Positions 1 to 9,700 are shown, numbered from the stretch's first letter. The stretch: 64,000 bases of DNA from Escherichia coli (GCF_003019035.1 NZ_CP027447.1); one strand, 5' to 3'. The notes: generated from the sequence alone by a model not told the origin. Numbers and translations: made by a program.

Positions 1-2072
1 AGCTAAAACGCACCGAACAGGTGAATCAGCAACTGATGGAGCGCATCACGCTGGCTAACGAAGCGGGCGGGATTGGCATCTGGGAGTGGGAGCTAAAGCC
101 GAATATTTTTAGCTGGGATAAGCGGATGTTCGAGCTGTATGAAATTCCTCCGCATATCAAACCGAACTGGCAGGTGTGGTACGAGTGCGTGCTGCCGGAA
201 GATCGCCAGCACGCCGAAAAAGTGATTCGCGATTCATTGCAATCACGCTCGCCCTTTAAGCTGGAATTTCGCATTGCCGTGAAAGATGGCATCCGCCATA
301 TCCGCGCCCTCGCCAACCGGGTACTGAATAAAGAAGGCGAAGTCGAACGTCTGCTCGGCATTAATATGGATATGACCGAGGTTAAACAGCTTAACGAGGC
401 ATTGTTTCAGGAAAAAGAGCGCCTGCACATTACGCTTGATTCCATCGGTGAAGCCGTGGTCTGTATTGATATGGCGATGAAAATTACCTTTATGAATCCG
501 GTGGCGGAGAAGATGAGCGGCTGGACGCAGGAAGAAGCGTTAGGTGTTCCGCTCCTGACGGTGTTGCATATTACTTTTGGCGACAACGGACCATTAATGG
601 AGAACATTTACAGTGCCGACACCTCACGTTCCGCGATTGAACAAGATGTGGTGTTGCACTGCCGAAGCGGCGGCAGCTACGACGTGCATTACAGTATTAC
701 GCCGTTAAGTACTCTGGACGGCAGCAATATTGGTTCGGTTCTGGTGATTCAGGACGTCACCGAATCGCGCAAAATGCTGCGCCAGCTGAGCTACAGCGCC
801 TCCCATGATGCACTGACGCATCTCGCCAATCGCGCCAGTTTTGAGAAGCAACTACGCATCCTGCTGCAAACGGTAAACAGTACACATCAGCGACATGCAC
901 TGGTGTTTATCGATCTTGATCGCTTTAAAGCGGTGAATGACAGCGCCGGGCACGCCGCTGGCGACGCTTTACTGCGCGAACTGGCGTCATTGATGCTGAG
1001 TATGCTGCGCTCCAGCGACGTGCTGGCGCGACTCGGTGGCGATGAATTTGGTCTGCTGCTGCCAGATTGTAATGTCGAAAGTGCGCGTTTTATCGCTACA
1101 CGCATTATCAGCGCCGTGAATGACTATCACTTTATCTGGGAAGGACGAGTACATCGGGTAGGTGCCAGTGCCGGGATTACCTTGATTGATGACAACAATC
1201 ATCAGGCGGCTGAAGTGATGTCGCAGGCCGATATCGCCTGTTATGCCTCCAAAAATGGTGGACGGGGCCGGGTGACGGTTTACGAACCGCAGCAAGCTGC
1301 CACAAATAGCGAACGGGCGGTGATGTCGCTTGATGAACAGTGGCGGATGATTAAAGAGAATCAGTTGATGATGATCGCCCACGGTGTCGCTTCGCCGCGG
1401 ATCCCGCAAGCGCGTAATTTGTGGCTGATTTCACTTAAGCTCTGGAGTTGCGAAGGCGAGATTATTGATGAACAAACATTTCGTCGTAGCTTCAGCGATC
1501 CGGCACTTAGCCATGCTCTTGACCGACGGGTATTCCACGATTTTTTCCAGCAGACCGCAAAAGCGATTGCCAGTAAAGGCTTAAGCATCGCCCTCCCCCT
1601 TTCCGTTGCCGGTTTGAGTAGCACCACGCTGGTGAATGAACTAATTGAGCAGCTGGAAAATAGCCCTCTACCACCACGGTTATTACATCTGATTATTCCG
1701 GCAGACGCGATTTTCGATCACGCAGAAAGCGTGCAAAAACTGCGGCTGGCGGGATGTCGGATCGTATTCAGTCAGGTGGGCCGCGATCTGCAAATCTTCA
1801 ACTCGCTGAAAGCAAATATGGCAGATTACCTGCTACTTGATGGTGAGTTATGCGCCAACGTGCAGGGAAATTTGATGGATGAGATGCTGATTACGATCAT
1901 TCAGGGGCACGCTCAGCGGCTCGGGATGAAGACCATCGCCGGGCCAGTAGTTTTACCCCTGGTGATGGATACGCTTTCTGGCATCGGCGTCGATCTGATT
2001 TATGGCGATGTGATTGCCGATGCCCAACCGCTGGATTTGCTGGTGAATAGCAGTTATTTCGCGATTAACTGA
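1..2072 (+). CDS. dgcE: Diguanylate cyclase DgcE (YegE), 3' portion; gene starts upstream of window
   Basis: Reading frame is open from nt 1 with no in-frame stop before 21. Translation contains a GGDEF motif (RLGGDEFGLLL) and a C-terminal EAL-like region. Stop at 2070-2072. Confidence 0.85.
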   Translation, partial: LKRTEQVNQQLMERITLANEAGGIGIWEWELKPNIFSWDKRMFELYEIPPHIKPNWQVWYECVLPEDRQHAEKVIRDSLQSRSPFKLEFRIAVKDGIRHIRALANRVLNKEGEVERLLGINMDMTEVKQLNEALFQEKERLHITLDSIGEAVVCIDMAMKITFMNPVAEKMSGWTQEEALGVPLLTVLHITFGDNGPLMENIYSADTSRSAIEQDVVLHCRSGGSYDVHYSITPLSTLDGSNIGSVLVIQDVTESRKMLRQLSYSASHDALTHLANRASFEKQLRILLQTVNSTHQRHALVFIDLDRFKAVNDSAGHAAGDALLRELASLMLSMLRSSDVLARLGGDEFGLLLPDCNVESARFIATRIISAVNDYHFIWEGRVHRVGASAGITLIDDNNHQAAEVMSQADIACYASKNGGRGRVTVYEPQQAATNSERAVMSLDEQWRMIKENQLMMIAHGVASPRIPQARNLWLISLKLWSCEGEIIDEQTFRRSFSDPALSHALDRRVFHDFFQQTAKAIASKGLSIALPLSVAGLSSTTLVNELIEQLENSPLPPRLLHLIIPADAIFDHAESVQKLRLAGCRIVFSQVGRDLQIFNSLKANMADYLLLDGELCANVQGNLMDEMLITIIQGHAQRLGMKTIAGPVVLPLVMDTLSGIGVDLIYGDVIADAQPLDLLVNSSYFAIN

Positions 2073-2088
2073 GGCGTGCTTCCCCATC

Positions 2089-2109
2089 GCCTGATGCGAC
2101 GTATCAGGC
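2089..2109. terminator. REP-like inverted repeat between convergent dgcE and alkA (GCCTGAT-N7-ATCAGGC)
   Basis: 7-bp perfect inverted repeat seen directly in the 31-bp spacer between two convergent stop codons; it overlaps the alkA stop. Confidence 0.4.
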
Positions 2110-2967
2110 CTCCAATTCGTCCGTTCCGTCTGGTTGCCAGCCTTCCGTATACCAGATATGCAACAGCGCATAAGAACACCAGGGCTTCCAGCGTTCGGCA
2201 TAACGGCGGATTTGTGCCGGTGTCATTCCCGGAAATCGCTGTTTAATCAGATAATCATCCGGCAGGAAAACATCTTTCGCCTGCCAGCCACGTAAGGCGA
2301 AATAATTCGCCGTCCAGCGCCCGATACCCGGAAAAGTTTGCAGCGTTTTCATCGCTTGTTCTACGTCGCCCGGTATTGTCATTGGTAAGGTGCCCTCCAG
2401 CGCCGCATTTGCCAGATGAATCAGTGCCTCTGCCCGTTTCAACGGCATACCTAACGCTTTTAATGCCTGCGGGTCGGCTGCAGCCAGCCGCTGAGGCGTG
2501 GGGAAGCAGACATAATCCGGAAAATCATCCAGCCGTTCGCCATAAAGCTGTGCCACTCTGGCGGTCAATTTTGCCGCCATCGCCACGCTCACCAGTTGGC
2601 CTAAAATCGCCCGCACGCCCTGCTCAAAAGCATCAACACTGCCGGGTAAACGCAATCCGGGCCGCGCCGCGCCTAACTTGCCCAACGCACCGTTAACAAT
2701 CTGCGGGTTACATTGCAGATCAAACAGGCGGCTCATTTTCGCCAGACACTCTGCGGCAACAGGTTCTAAACCTGCACTTAAATTTATGTGCAGAGTATGG
2801 CGGGCTATATCCGGAATAGCAGTCACCACGCCGCGATATTCGCCCATCGCCAGACTACGGGCATAATAATCGTCAGCGACCGTTTCCACACCGTTCACCG
2901 CACGGGCGGCGAGAAATCCCAACATCCACGACCAGTCATACGGCGGCTGCCAGTTCAGGGTATACAT
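2104..2967 (-). CDS. alkA: 3-methyladenine DNA glycosylase II
   Basis: 287-aa ORF beginning MYTLNWQPPYDWSWMLGFLAARAV, which matches the AlkA N-terminus as I remember it; HhH glycosylase family. Confidence 0.92.
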   Translation of the reverse strand: MYTLNWQPPYDWSWMLGFLAARAVNGVETVADDYYARSLAMGEYRGVVTAIPDIARHTLHINLSAGLEPVAAECLAKMSRLFDLQCNPQIVNGALGKLGAARPGLRLPGSVDAFEQGVRAILGQLVSVAMAAKLTARVAQLYGERLDDFPDYVCFPTPQRLAAADPQALKALGMPLKRAEALIHLANAALEGTLPMTIPGDVEQAMKTLQTFPGIGRWTANYFALRGWQAKDVFLPDDYLIKQRFPGMTPAQIRRYAERWKPWCSYALLHIWYTEGWQPDGTDELEA

Positions 2968-3016
2968 CGCATCTCCTTGTTAATCCGCTTTCAGCATAAA
3001 CGTTATTCAGACGCTA

Positions 3017-3028
3017 CGCTTTGCTTTC
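3017..3028 (-). promoter_or_regulatory. Putative Ada box in alkA promoter (GAAAGCAAAGCG on the minus strand)
   Basis: Minus-strand sequence GAAAGCAAAGCG lies about 50 nt upstream of the alkA start; it resembles the Ada-binding AAAGCAAAGCGC element from memory. Confidence 0.4.
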
Positions 3029-3100
3029 ATATTCCGGTTGTCGCGACGGCAACATTTCGCTAAAGTCACGCCCCTTCTTCACCGGCATGGGGATTATTTC

Positions 3101-4453
3101 GTGTTTATTGGTTTTGATTACGGTACAGCAAACTGTTCAGTGGCGGTCATGCGTGACGGTAAACCGCATTTGCTAAAAATGGAAAACGACAGCACGCTGC
3201 TGCCTTCAATGCTTTGCGCGCCAACGCGTGAAGCGGTAAGCGAATGGCTGTACCGCCATCATGATGTTCCGGCAGACGACAATGAAACGCAGGCGCTGTT
3301 ACGTCGGGCGATTCGTTATAACCGCGAAGAAGATATCGATGTCACGGCGAAAAGCGTGCAGTTCGGTCTTTCTTCACTGGCACAATACATTGATGATCCG
3401 GAAGAAGTGTGGTTTGTGAAATCACCAAAATCGTTCCTCGGTGCCAGCGGCTTAAAACCGCAGCAGGTAGCGCTGTTTGAGGATCTGGTCTGCGCAATGA
3501 TGCTGCACATTCGCCAACAGGCGCAGGCGCAGCTGCCGGATGCGATTACTCAGGCGGTGATTGGTCGTCCGATCAACTTCCAGGGGCTGGGTGGCGATGA
3601 AGCAAACACCCAGGCGCAAGGGATTCTGGAACGCGCGGCAAAGCGTGCCGGGTTTAAGGACGTGGTATTCCAGTACGAGCCGGTCGCGGCTGGGCTGGAT
3701 TACGAAGCCACCTTGCAGGAAGAAAAACGGGTGCTGGTGGTGGATATCGGCGGTGGTACGACTGACTGCTCATTGCTGCTGATGGGGCCGCAGTGGCGTT
3801 CGCGTCTCGATCGTGAAGCCAGCCTGCTGGGTCATAGTGGTTGCCGTATTGGTGGTAACGATCTGGATATCGCGCTGGCGTTTAAAAACCTGATGCCGTT
3901 ACTGGGCATGGGGGGCGAAACCGAAAAAGGCATCGCCCTGCCGATTCTGCCGTGGTGGAATGCGGTTGCCATCAACGACGTACCTGCGCAAAGTGATTTC
4001 TACAGTAGTGCCAACGGTCGTCTGCTTAACGATCTGGTACGCGATGCCCGCGAACCGGAAAAAGTGGCCCTGTTACAGAAAGTCTGGCGTCAGCGTTTAA
4101 GCTATCGCCTGGTACGTAGCGCAGAAGAGAGCAAAATTGCGCTTTCAAGCGTAGCAGAAACCCGCGCCTCACTGCCGTTTATCAGCGATGAACTGGCTAC
4201 GCTGATTAGCCAGCAAGGGCTGGAAAGCGCCCTCAACCAGCCACTGGCGCGGATTCTGGAACAGGTGCAACTGGCGCTGGATAACGCCCAGGAAAAACCG
4301 GATGTCATCTATCTGACTGGTGGTAGCGCCCGATCGCCGCTGATTAAAAAAGCGCTGGCAGAACAGTTGCCGGGCATTCCGATTGCAGGCGGCGATGACT
4401 TTGGCTCCGTCACCGCCGGGCTGGCACGCTGGGCGGAAGTGGTGTTTCGTTAA
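3101..4453 (+). CDS. yegD: Hsp70/actin-like ATPase family protein YegD
   Basis: GTG start at 3101 gives MFIGFDYGTANCSVAV, a DnaK-like N-terminal phosphate-1 motif (IGFDYGT), and a 450-aa product. The ORF track has an in-frame upstream extension. Confidence 0.88.
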   Translation: MFIGFDYGTANCSVAVMRDGKPHLLKMENDSTLLPSMLCAPTREAVSEWLYRHHDVPADDNETQALLRRAIRYNREEDIDVTAKSVQFGLSSLAQYIDDPEEVWFVKSPKSFLGASGLKPQQVALFEDLVCAMMLHIRQQAQAQLPDAITQAVIGRPINFQGLGGDEANTQAQGILERAAKRAGFKDVVFQYEPVAAGLDYEATLQEEKRVLVVDIGGGTTDCSLLLMGPQWRSRLDREASLLGHSGCRIGGNDLDIALAFKNLMPLLGMGGETEKGIALPILPWWNAVAINDVPAQSDFYSSANGRLLNDLVRDAREPEKVALLQKVWRQRLSYRLVRSAEESKIALSSVAETRASLPFISDELATLISQQGLESALNQPLARILEQVQLALDNAQEKPDVIYLTGGSARSPLIKKALAEQLPGIPIAGGDDFGSVTAGLARWAEVVFR

Positions 4454-4465
4454 TTGAAAAATGGC

Positions 4466-6412
4466 TCAGCAGCGGCTTAAATCAGCCTGCGCCTGAGCCA
4501 GTTTTTCTGCCGCCTGACGTAGCGGCTCCATCAACGGCATGGTCCGTGCTGGAGCATGAAGGCGGAATCGCTGCAACTCTGTCGCACCGACAGTCAACGC
4601 CGATTCCAGCCGATGTCGTTTGGCGGCCATTTTAGTCAGTACCGCTTGTCTGTCTGCTGGCGTTACCGCTTCATTCGGCCTGAACACAAAACGGCGTTCG
4701 CAACTCGCTTTCCAGTCGATAACCGCCTGTGTCAGATGATCACCAAACCCTTTCACTTGCTTAACGCCACGACGGGTAACATCTGCGGCGGTTTCAATAC
4801 CAAAAGACCGTAACGCCGCTTTACGCGCTGGGCCTACGCCGGGAATAGAGGCAGCATCGATAAAAAATCCCTCCAGAAACTTCTGCTTCTGCCGTTCCCT
4901 TGCGTTGTCCTGAAGTGCTGCCAGAGCGCGTTTCTCCTCTTCCGGTAACCCAAGAATTTCGTCCTTCATTTTTTCGAGCATCGTCCGTTTGGCTATAAAA
5001 CCTTCCTGCCCGCCCAACTGTTGGATCTGGCTGACTAAATGGTCATAGTCCATTTTCGCGCGATTAAACGCCTCACGGCGTTGCTGGATTTCTGCTTTGT
5101 ACGCTTTGCTTGTCAGGCTGCCAATAATCCAGATAGCCGACAGCACAGGAACCAAAATAATATAACGTGGTTCTGTCTGAAGGCCGCAAAGCAACAGCGA
5201 TAACGCTGACAGTGCGATCTCAATCAGAATGATGTATTCACGCCGTAACAGGCCTAAAGGAAGCGGCCTGCCAGTCGGTTGGAAATGATCGGGTAATGGC
5301 AGTTGCAATGCTGGCGGTGCTACTGACGCCATCACCATCGCCCAGACTTTCGCCAGCACAAAATCACCGCTGGTGGTAATGACCTCTTCGCCGAGATCAA
5401 TAAAATAGATAACGCCTTGATTATCCAGAGCACACCACGGGCAGTCAGCCAAATGACCGGGATAAACATGCATTGCCGAAACGGTACATTTCTTTAACTG
5501 TTGGCGTAGTAAATCAAGTGCCGCTACCCACGCTTTTGCCGTCGGACGCCCGGTTGCCACGCCACTTTCCGTGAATGCCTGCTGAAACATGGCTTCAACA
5601 TCGCCCGGTAACATCGACAGCGGAATAGATCGTGGCGGCGGTTTTAAACCACGTCGCTGATTATCTGACGCGTAGGCATAACGGAAATGGGCAATATCCG
5701 TCTCCAGTGCATTACCCGCATCAGAGACAAGCGGTACACCGGAATAAGGATGCCGCCCACCAAACAAGACGTGAAAAATCAGCAACGCAAGGCCAAAATT
5801 ATCGTGATTCGCGGTGCGTTCAAAGCCAACAAATGACGACAAGGTTTGCAGCTCTGGCGACGTAAAATGCGACACGCCCACTTCGCATAAATGCAGCGTT
5901 CCATTGGCGTTAATCTGAAAGGAGTCGCTATCAATCAACACCACTTTGCTGTCACGGCCTACCATAAAGCTGTTCTGGTTTACGTCACCCACGACGTGCC
6001 CGTGCTCGTGAACCGTAGCAAAAGATGAAGCAATATTGCGCGCAACATAGAGGAGAAAATCCCACGCACAATGAGGGTAACTCTGACGACGATGTGCCGG
6101 GCTATAGATCATATGAATCGGTTCTTTACCTGAAACCTTCGGCATCATAAAACCGATAACCTTTCCGCCTCGTCCACCGTGAAGCGTTGCCTGCGGCCAG
6201 GCGACATAATTCAACAACTGCGCGTCAGCTGTCGCAGCCATAAAGGCAAGTTTGTCCTGTTTTAAGGCGGGTGGCGGCGTGTGATAAATCTTGGCGACGC
6301 TATCGGCAAACTCCTCGATATCATAAACCGCACCTTCACCGCCTTTGCCCAGTTCACGGCCGAGAGTGGTCAATTCACCTGTCGATGTAAATACTTTTAT
6401 ATTTGTCTTCAT
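4466..6412 (-). CDS. yegI: Atypical Ser/Thr protein kinase-like protein YegI
   Basis: 648-aa ORF. N-terminus has a kinase-like Gly-rich loop (GKGGEGAVYDI), a catalytic-loop-like HGHVVGDVNQNSF and LIDSDS. The middle is hydrophobic and predicted membrane-spanning; the C-terminal domain follows. Confidence 0.85.
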   Translation of the reverse strand: MKTNIKVFTSTGELTTLGRELGKGGEGAVYDIEEFADSVAKIYHTPPPALKQDKLAFMAATADAQLLNYVAWPQATLHGGRGGKVIGFMMPKVSGKEPIHMIYSPAHRRQSYPHCAWDFLLYVARNIASSFATVHEHGHVVGDVNQNSFMVGRDSKVVLIDSDSFQINANGTLHLCEVGVSHFTSPELQTLSSFVGFERTANHDNFGLALLIFHVLFGGRHPYSGVPLVSDAGNALETDIAHFRYAYASDNQRRGLKPPPRSIPLSMLPGDVEAMFQQAFTESGVATGRPTAKAWVAALDLLRQQLKKCTVSAMHVYPGHLADCPWCALDNQGVIYFIDLGEEVITTSGDFVLAKVWAMVMASVAPPALQLPLPDHFQPTGRPLPLGLLRREYIILIEIALSALSLLLCGLQTEPRYIILVPVLSAIWIIGSLTSKAYKAEIQQRREAFNRAKMDYDHLVSQIQQLGGQEGFIAKRTMLEKMKDEILGLPEEEKRALAALQDNARERQKQKFLEGFFIDAASIPGVGPARKAALRSFGIETAADVTRRGVKQVKGFGDHLTQAVIDWKASCERRFVFRPNEAVTPADRQAVLTKMAAKRHRLESALTVGATELQRFRLHAPARTMPLMEPLRQAAEKLAQAQADLSRC

Positions 6413-6612
6413 AATGTTTCAAGGGCAGTCATATTATATTTCAATGAATAATAACACTTCCCATTATAATTATTTCTATATTGGAAGAGTCCAACTCAAG
6501 AATAAAAATGATAATGCAATTTCATCAGGATACAATTCAATTCCAACCTGATAATGATTCACTTCCACAGGTTTTTTGCTAACTTTTACTACACAGGGAT
6601 TCTGGAGAAAAA

Positions 6613-7074
6613 ATGAAAAAGATATTACTTATGTTGAGTCTGCTATTTTTTACTACCGCAAGCTATTGTGAGATTTCGGATACGTTAGTGACAGGAGGTT
6701 ATGATAAAAAGGCGATGTCTGACGCGATTAAACATGCGCGGAAAGAAACCGATCAATTCATCGAAGTTATGAATAAAAAAGATGCTGATACTTTCGCGGT
6801 CAAAGCCCCGATAACCGATCGCGGAGAAACCGAGCATTTCTGGCTCACGGATGTCACTTATTCTAACGGCATGTTTATTGGTATAATAAGCAATGACCCT
6901 GGTATTGTTACAAACGTAGAATATGGCCAGGAGTGGAAAATCAAGAAAGAAGATATTTCAGACTGGATGTATACGCGCGGGGATAAAATTTACGGTGGTT
7001 ATACCATTGATCCTTTATTGGTCACCTATCCAAAAGAAGAAGCCGACGAGCTAAGAGCAAAATTAGTTCGCTAG
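6613..7074 (+). CDS. yegJ: Secreted protein of unknown function YegJ
   Basis: 153-aa ORF with an N-terminal signal peptide (MKKILLMLSLLFFTTASYC). The gene and flanking spacers are visibly AT-rich; an AGGAG-like RBS lies upstream. Confidence 0.8.
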   Translation: MKKILLMLSLLFFTTASYCEISDTLVTGGYDKKAMSDAIKHARKETDQFIEVMNKKDADTFAVKAPITDRGETEHFWLTDVTYSNGMFIGIISNDPGIVTNVEYGQEWKIKKEDISDWMYTRGDKIYGGYTIDPLLVTYPKEEADELRAKLVR

Positions 7075-7101
7075 CCAGCCATTATATTGATTGCTTAAAC
7101 T

Positions 7102-7129
7102 GGCGGTTGAACCGTTGTATTCAACCGCC
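7102..7129. terminator. Bidirectional hairpin terminator between convergent yegJ and pphC
   Basis: Perfect 10-bp inverted repeat GGCGGTTGAA / TTCAACCGCC with an 8-nt loop, seen directly. Confidence 0.6.
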
Positions 7130-7138
7130 ATGCGATGT

Positions 7139-7900
7139 TCATTCTGTCCACATAGCCAGTGCTAACGTTTTATCATCATCGGTACGCTCGTTTACCGCTG
7201 GGCTGGACAAAAACTGCTTTAACAATTCAGGTAATAAATCGAGTTGTTCCTGCGTTGCTGACGCCAGTCCATTGAAAAACGGGGTAAAGAAAGGCACATG
7301 CGGAGAATTATCCAGCATATTTAACGCCAGTCTCTGAATACCATCCGTAAATGCTGCAACTCTATGCGCACGCTCAGTGCTGGTGAAAGTTTCCAGTCTG
7401 AAAACGGCATCTTCATCGGTAATGAAATGCGTCATGTTGGCATATTCACCCACCATCGGCGTGAGAGGCAATTGCAGACCGTGACCCAAATCTACCACCA
7501 CGCCGCCATCGCCAATCTGCATAATCAAGGTGCCGTCAGGCGATGAAATCAGTCCCAGAAATGTGCAGGCAAAATCGCGAACCGCTAATTCTTTGGCTTC
7601 CGCCTCGGCAAAAAGTCGCTGACGAACGGTCAGCACAATATCCGTTGCGAGGACATCATTAAGCCCCAATTCCCCGCCCTGCACTTTTTGCATCATATAA
7701 GCCATCGCTTCATTGACGGCAAGCGTCGCACCTTCGCCACCCTGCGAAACGCTGCCTGCGCCATCAGCGACAAATACCGTCAATAATGGCTGCTGGTCTT
7801 CTAGCCAGGCAACCTGCATCTGGCAGGCATCCTGGCAAGGCAAGTCCGCGCTGATGTGCGACGTTCCAACGGTTGATGCATAGACCAGACGCCAGCTCAC
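7139..7900 (-). CDS. pphC: PP2C-family Ser/Thr protein phosphatase PphC (YegK)
   Basis: 253-aa ORF. Start overlaps the yegL stop by 4 nt, indicating translational coupling. PP2C-like Asp/Gly-rich motifs ([16 protein letters not shown]). Confidence 0.85.
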   Translation of the reverse strand: MSWRLVYASTVGTSHISADLPCQDACQMQVAWLEDQQPLLTVFVADGAGSVSQGGEGATLAVNEAMAYMMQKVQGGELGLNDVLATDIVLTVRQRLFAEAEAKELAVRDFACTFLGLISSPDGTLIMQIGDGGVVVDLGHGLQLPLTPMVGEYANMTHFITDEDAVFRLETFTSTERAHRVAAFTDGIQRLALNMLDNSPHVPFFTPFFNGLASATQEQLDLLPELLKQFLSSPAVNERTDDDKTLALAMWTE

Positions 7901-8556
7901 ACTGACGTCCAGCCTTTTGGCGCTTCCAGCACAACTTCCGTTCCCGGCGTGGAGCGGGAAACCGAACGCAGCGAACTGGATAACCAGCTAAATAGTTCGC
8001 GGAATTGTAATCCTTGAAGAGGCAAAGGCTGACGAACGCTGATTTGGGCCAGCGTCTTCATATCCGCCCCCTGAACACCGATGGAAAAGAAGGCAAACTT
8101 CTTATCTTCTTCCCCCTGAAACACCTTGTTGGCAGCAGCCTGCCACTCATCGGTTGGTGCGCCATCGGTAATCAGGAAAATCCACGGACGATAATAGGAA
8201 ATACCATTGGCGCGATACTCACGTTTGCGCTCCTCAACCATATTCAGGGCTTTGGTAATGGCGGCGCCCATTGGTGTATCCCCATGGGCAAACAGGATGG
8301 GCGGGAAAAAATTAGCGGCGCTGGTAAAGGGTTGTTCCACATGCACTGGGCCGAACGTCACAATACCGAGTTCCACTCTTTTTAAGGCCAGCGGGTCGGC
8401 AAGCAGCTCATCGCGAAAGGTAACCAATCCGGCGTTAAGTTCATTAATGGGTCTACCGTTCATAGAACCAGAAACATCCAGCAGCAAAATGCAGGGGCAA
8501 CGTGGTTCCGGGTTACTGGCAAAATCGCTGGTGGCAAACGTGATTTGTTCGCTCAT
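7897..8556 (-). CDS. yegL: von Willebrand factor A domain protein YegL
   Basis: 219-aa ORF with a MIDAS DxSxS motif ([11 protein letters not shown]) and a downstream ITDGAPTD motif typical of vWA domains. Confidence 0.85.
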   Translation of the reverse strand: MSEQITFATSDFASNPEPRCPCILLLDVSGSMNGRPINELNAGLVTFRDELLADPLALKRVELGIVTFGPVHVEQPFTSAANFFPPILFAHGDTPMGAAITKALNMVEERKREYRANGISYYRPWIFLITDGAPTDEWQAAANKVFQGEEDKKFAFFSIGVQGADMKTLAQISVRQPLPLQGLQFRELFSWLSSSLRSVSRSTPGTEVVLEAPKGWTSV

Positions 8557-8737
8557 AAGAAATCCTTTCTTAGAGAATTATTGAGGTCCGGTATCATACC
8601 GATTGCAATAATGAAATAAGAGCAAACGAAGAAACTTTCAGAATTAGGCCCGGCGGCGCAGAAAATTTTGCTATTCGCCTCGCAAGAACGGAGAGCCGTC
8701 GATTGACACTAAGGGCGGAGTGACATAATTTCAGGAG

Positions 8738-8886
8738 TGAGGGTTAGGGAGAGGTTTCCCCCTCCCCCTGGTGTTCTTAGTAAGCCTGGAAGCTAATCAC
8801 TAAGAGTATCACCAGTATGATGACGTGCTTCATCATAACCCTTTCCTTATTAAAAGCCCTCTTCTCCGGGAGAGGGTTTCCCGTTT
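8738..8886 (+). ncRNA. sibA: Sib antitoxin sRNA, unit 1 (SibA-like); ends approximate
   Basis: Sigma70-like promoter TTGACA(8703-8708)-N17-TAATTT(8726-8731); the transcript is fully antisense to ibs unit 1; hairpin at about 8856-8877 followed by TTTCCCGTTT. Confidence 0.65.
8777..8836 (-). CDS. ibsA: Ibs type I toxin, 19 aa (MMKHVIILVILLVISFQAY)
   Basis: Hand translation of the minus strand; it is a hydrophobic peptide that matches my memory of IbsA. Confidence 0.8.
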   Translation of the reverse strand: MMKHVIILVILLVISFQAY

Positions 8887-9072
8887 CAGCGTCCCGCTGA
8901 AATCGTCGGCTTACCTCCTTTCGCCCTGAATGCAGTCTATCGCTAACGCGTGAACAAAATAGTTTCCTCTGTGATTATTCCGTAACGACTCGCAAAGAAT
9001 ATTTGCTGGCAGGATCGCAGACTACAAAGCCTGCGGATTGACAATCTTATCGTGAAGGCATAATTTCAGGAG

Positions 9073-9216
9073 TGAGGGTAGAGCGGGGTTTCCCCCGCCC
9101 TGGTAGTCTTAGTAAGCGGGGAAGCTTATGACTAAGAGCACCACGATGATGAGTATCTTCATCATGACCCTTTCCTTATTTATGGCCCCTTCCTCGGGAG
9201 GGGCTTTCCCGTTTCA
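9073..9216 (+). ncRNA. sibB: Sib antitoxin sRNA, unit 2 (SibB-like); ends approximate
   Basis: Promoter TTGACA-N17-TAATTT(9061-9066), antisense to ibs unit 2, GC hairpin at about 9184-9204 plus T-rich tail. Confidence 0.65.
9109..9165 (-). CDS. ibsB: Ibs type I toxin, 18 aa (MMKILIIVVLLVISFPAY)
   Basis: Hand translation of the minus strand; IbsB-like. Confidence 0.75.
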   Translation of the reverse strand: MMKILIIVVLLVISFPAY

Positions 9217-9400
9217 GCGTCCCGCTGAAATCGTCGGCTTACCTCCTTCTGTCCTGTATGCAGTCTATCGCTGACTTGCGGATAAAATAGTTTCCAATGT
9301 GATTATTGCGTAACGTCTCGCAAAGAATATTTGCTGGCAGGATCGCAGACTGCAAAGCCTGCAGATTGACAATATTATCGTGAAGGCATACTTTCAGGAG

Positions 9401-9543
9401 TGAGGGTAGAGCGGGGTTTCCCCCGCCCTGGTAGTCTTAGTAAGCCGGGAAGCTTATGACTAAGAGCACCACGATGATGATCCACTTCATCATGACCCTT
9501 TCCTTATTTAAGGCCCCTTCCTCGGGAGGGGCTTTCCCGTTTC
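9401..9543 (+). ncRNA. Sib antitoxin sRNA, unit 3 (additional copy); ends approximate
   Basis: Promoter TTGACA-N17-TACTTT(9389-9394), antisense to ibs unit 3, GC hairpin at about 9512-9532 plus T-rich tail. Confidence 0.6.
9437..9493 (-). CDS. Ibs type I toxin, 18 aa (MMKWIIIVVLLVISFPAY), third copy
   Basis: Hand translation of the minus strand; IbsB-like variant with W at position 4. Confidence 0.7.
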   Translation of the reverse strand: MMKWIIIVVLLVISFPAY

Positions 9544-9700
9544 AGCGTCCCGCTGAAATCGTCGGCCTACCTCCTTTTGCCCTGAATGCAGTCTATCGCT
9601 AACGCGTAGATAAAATAGTTTCCTGTGTTATTACTGGATGCGTGCTCGCAAATGTGCCCGCCATTCAGACGATTCCCGATAGTGTTTCATAATTCCTCCA

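Larger units (their letters stand above)
8701..9640. repeat. Three tandem ~330-bp sib/ibs (QUAD-type) type I toxin-antitoxin repeat units
   Basis: Direct repeat units start at about 8701, 9036 and 9364. Each has a TTGACA-N17-TAATTT (or TACTTT) promoter, an ibs ORF on the opposite strand, and a GC-rich hairpin followed by a T-rich tract. Confidence 0.85.

Noticed and set aside
8701-9640. Regularly spaced repeats that could be mistaken for a CRISPR array
   Set aside because: Units are ~330 bp, not 28-37 bp repeats with unique spacers. Each unit carries its own promoter, terminator and an Ibs ORF, so this is a tandem sib/ibs toxin-antitoxin array.
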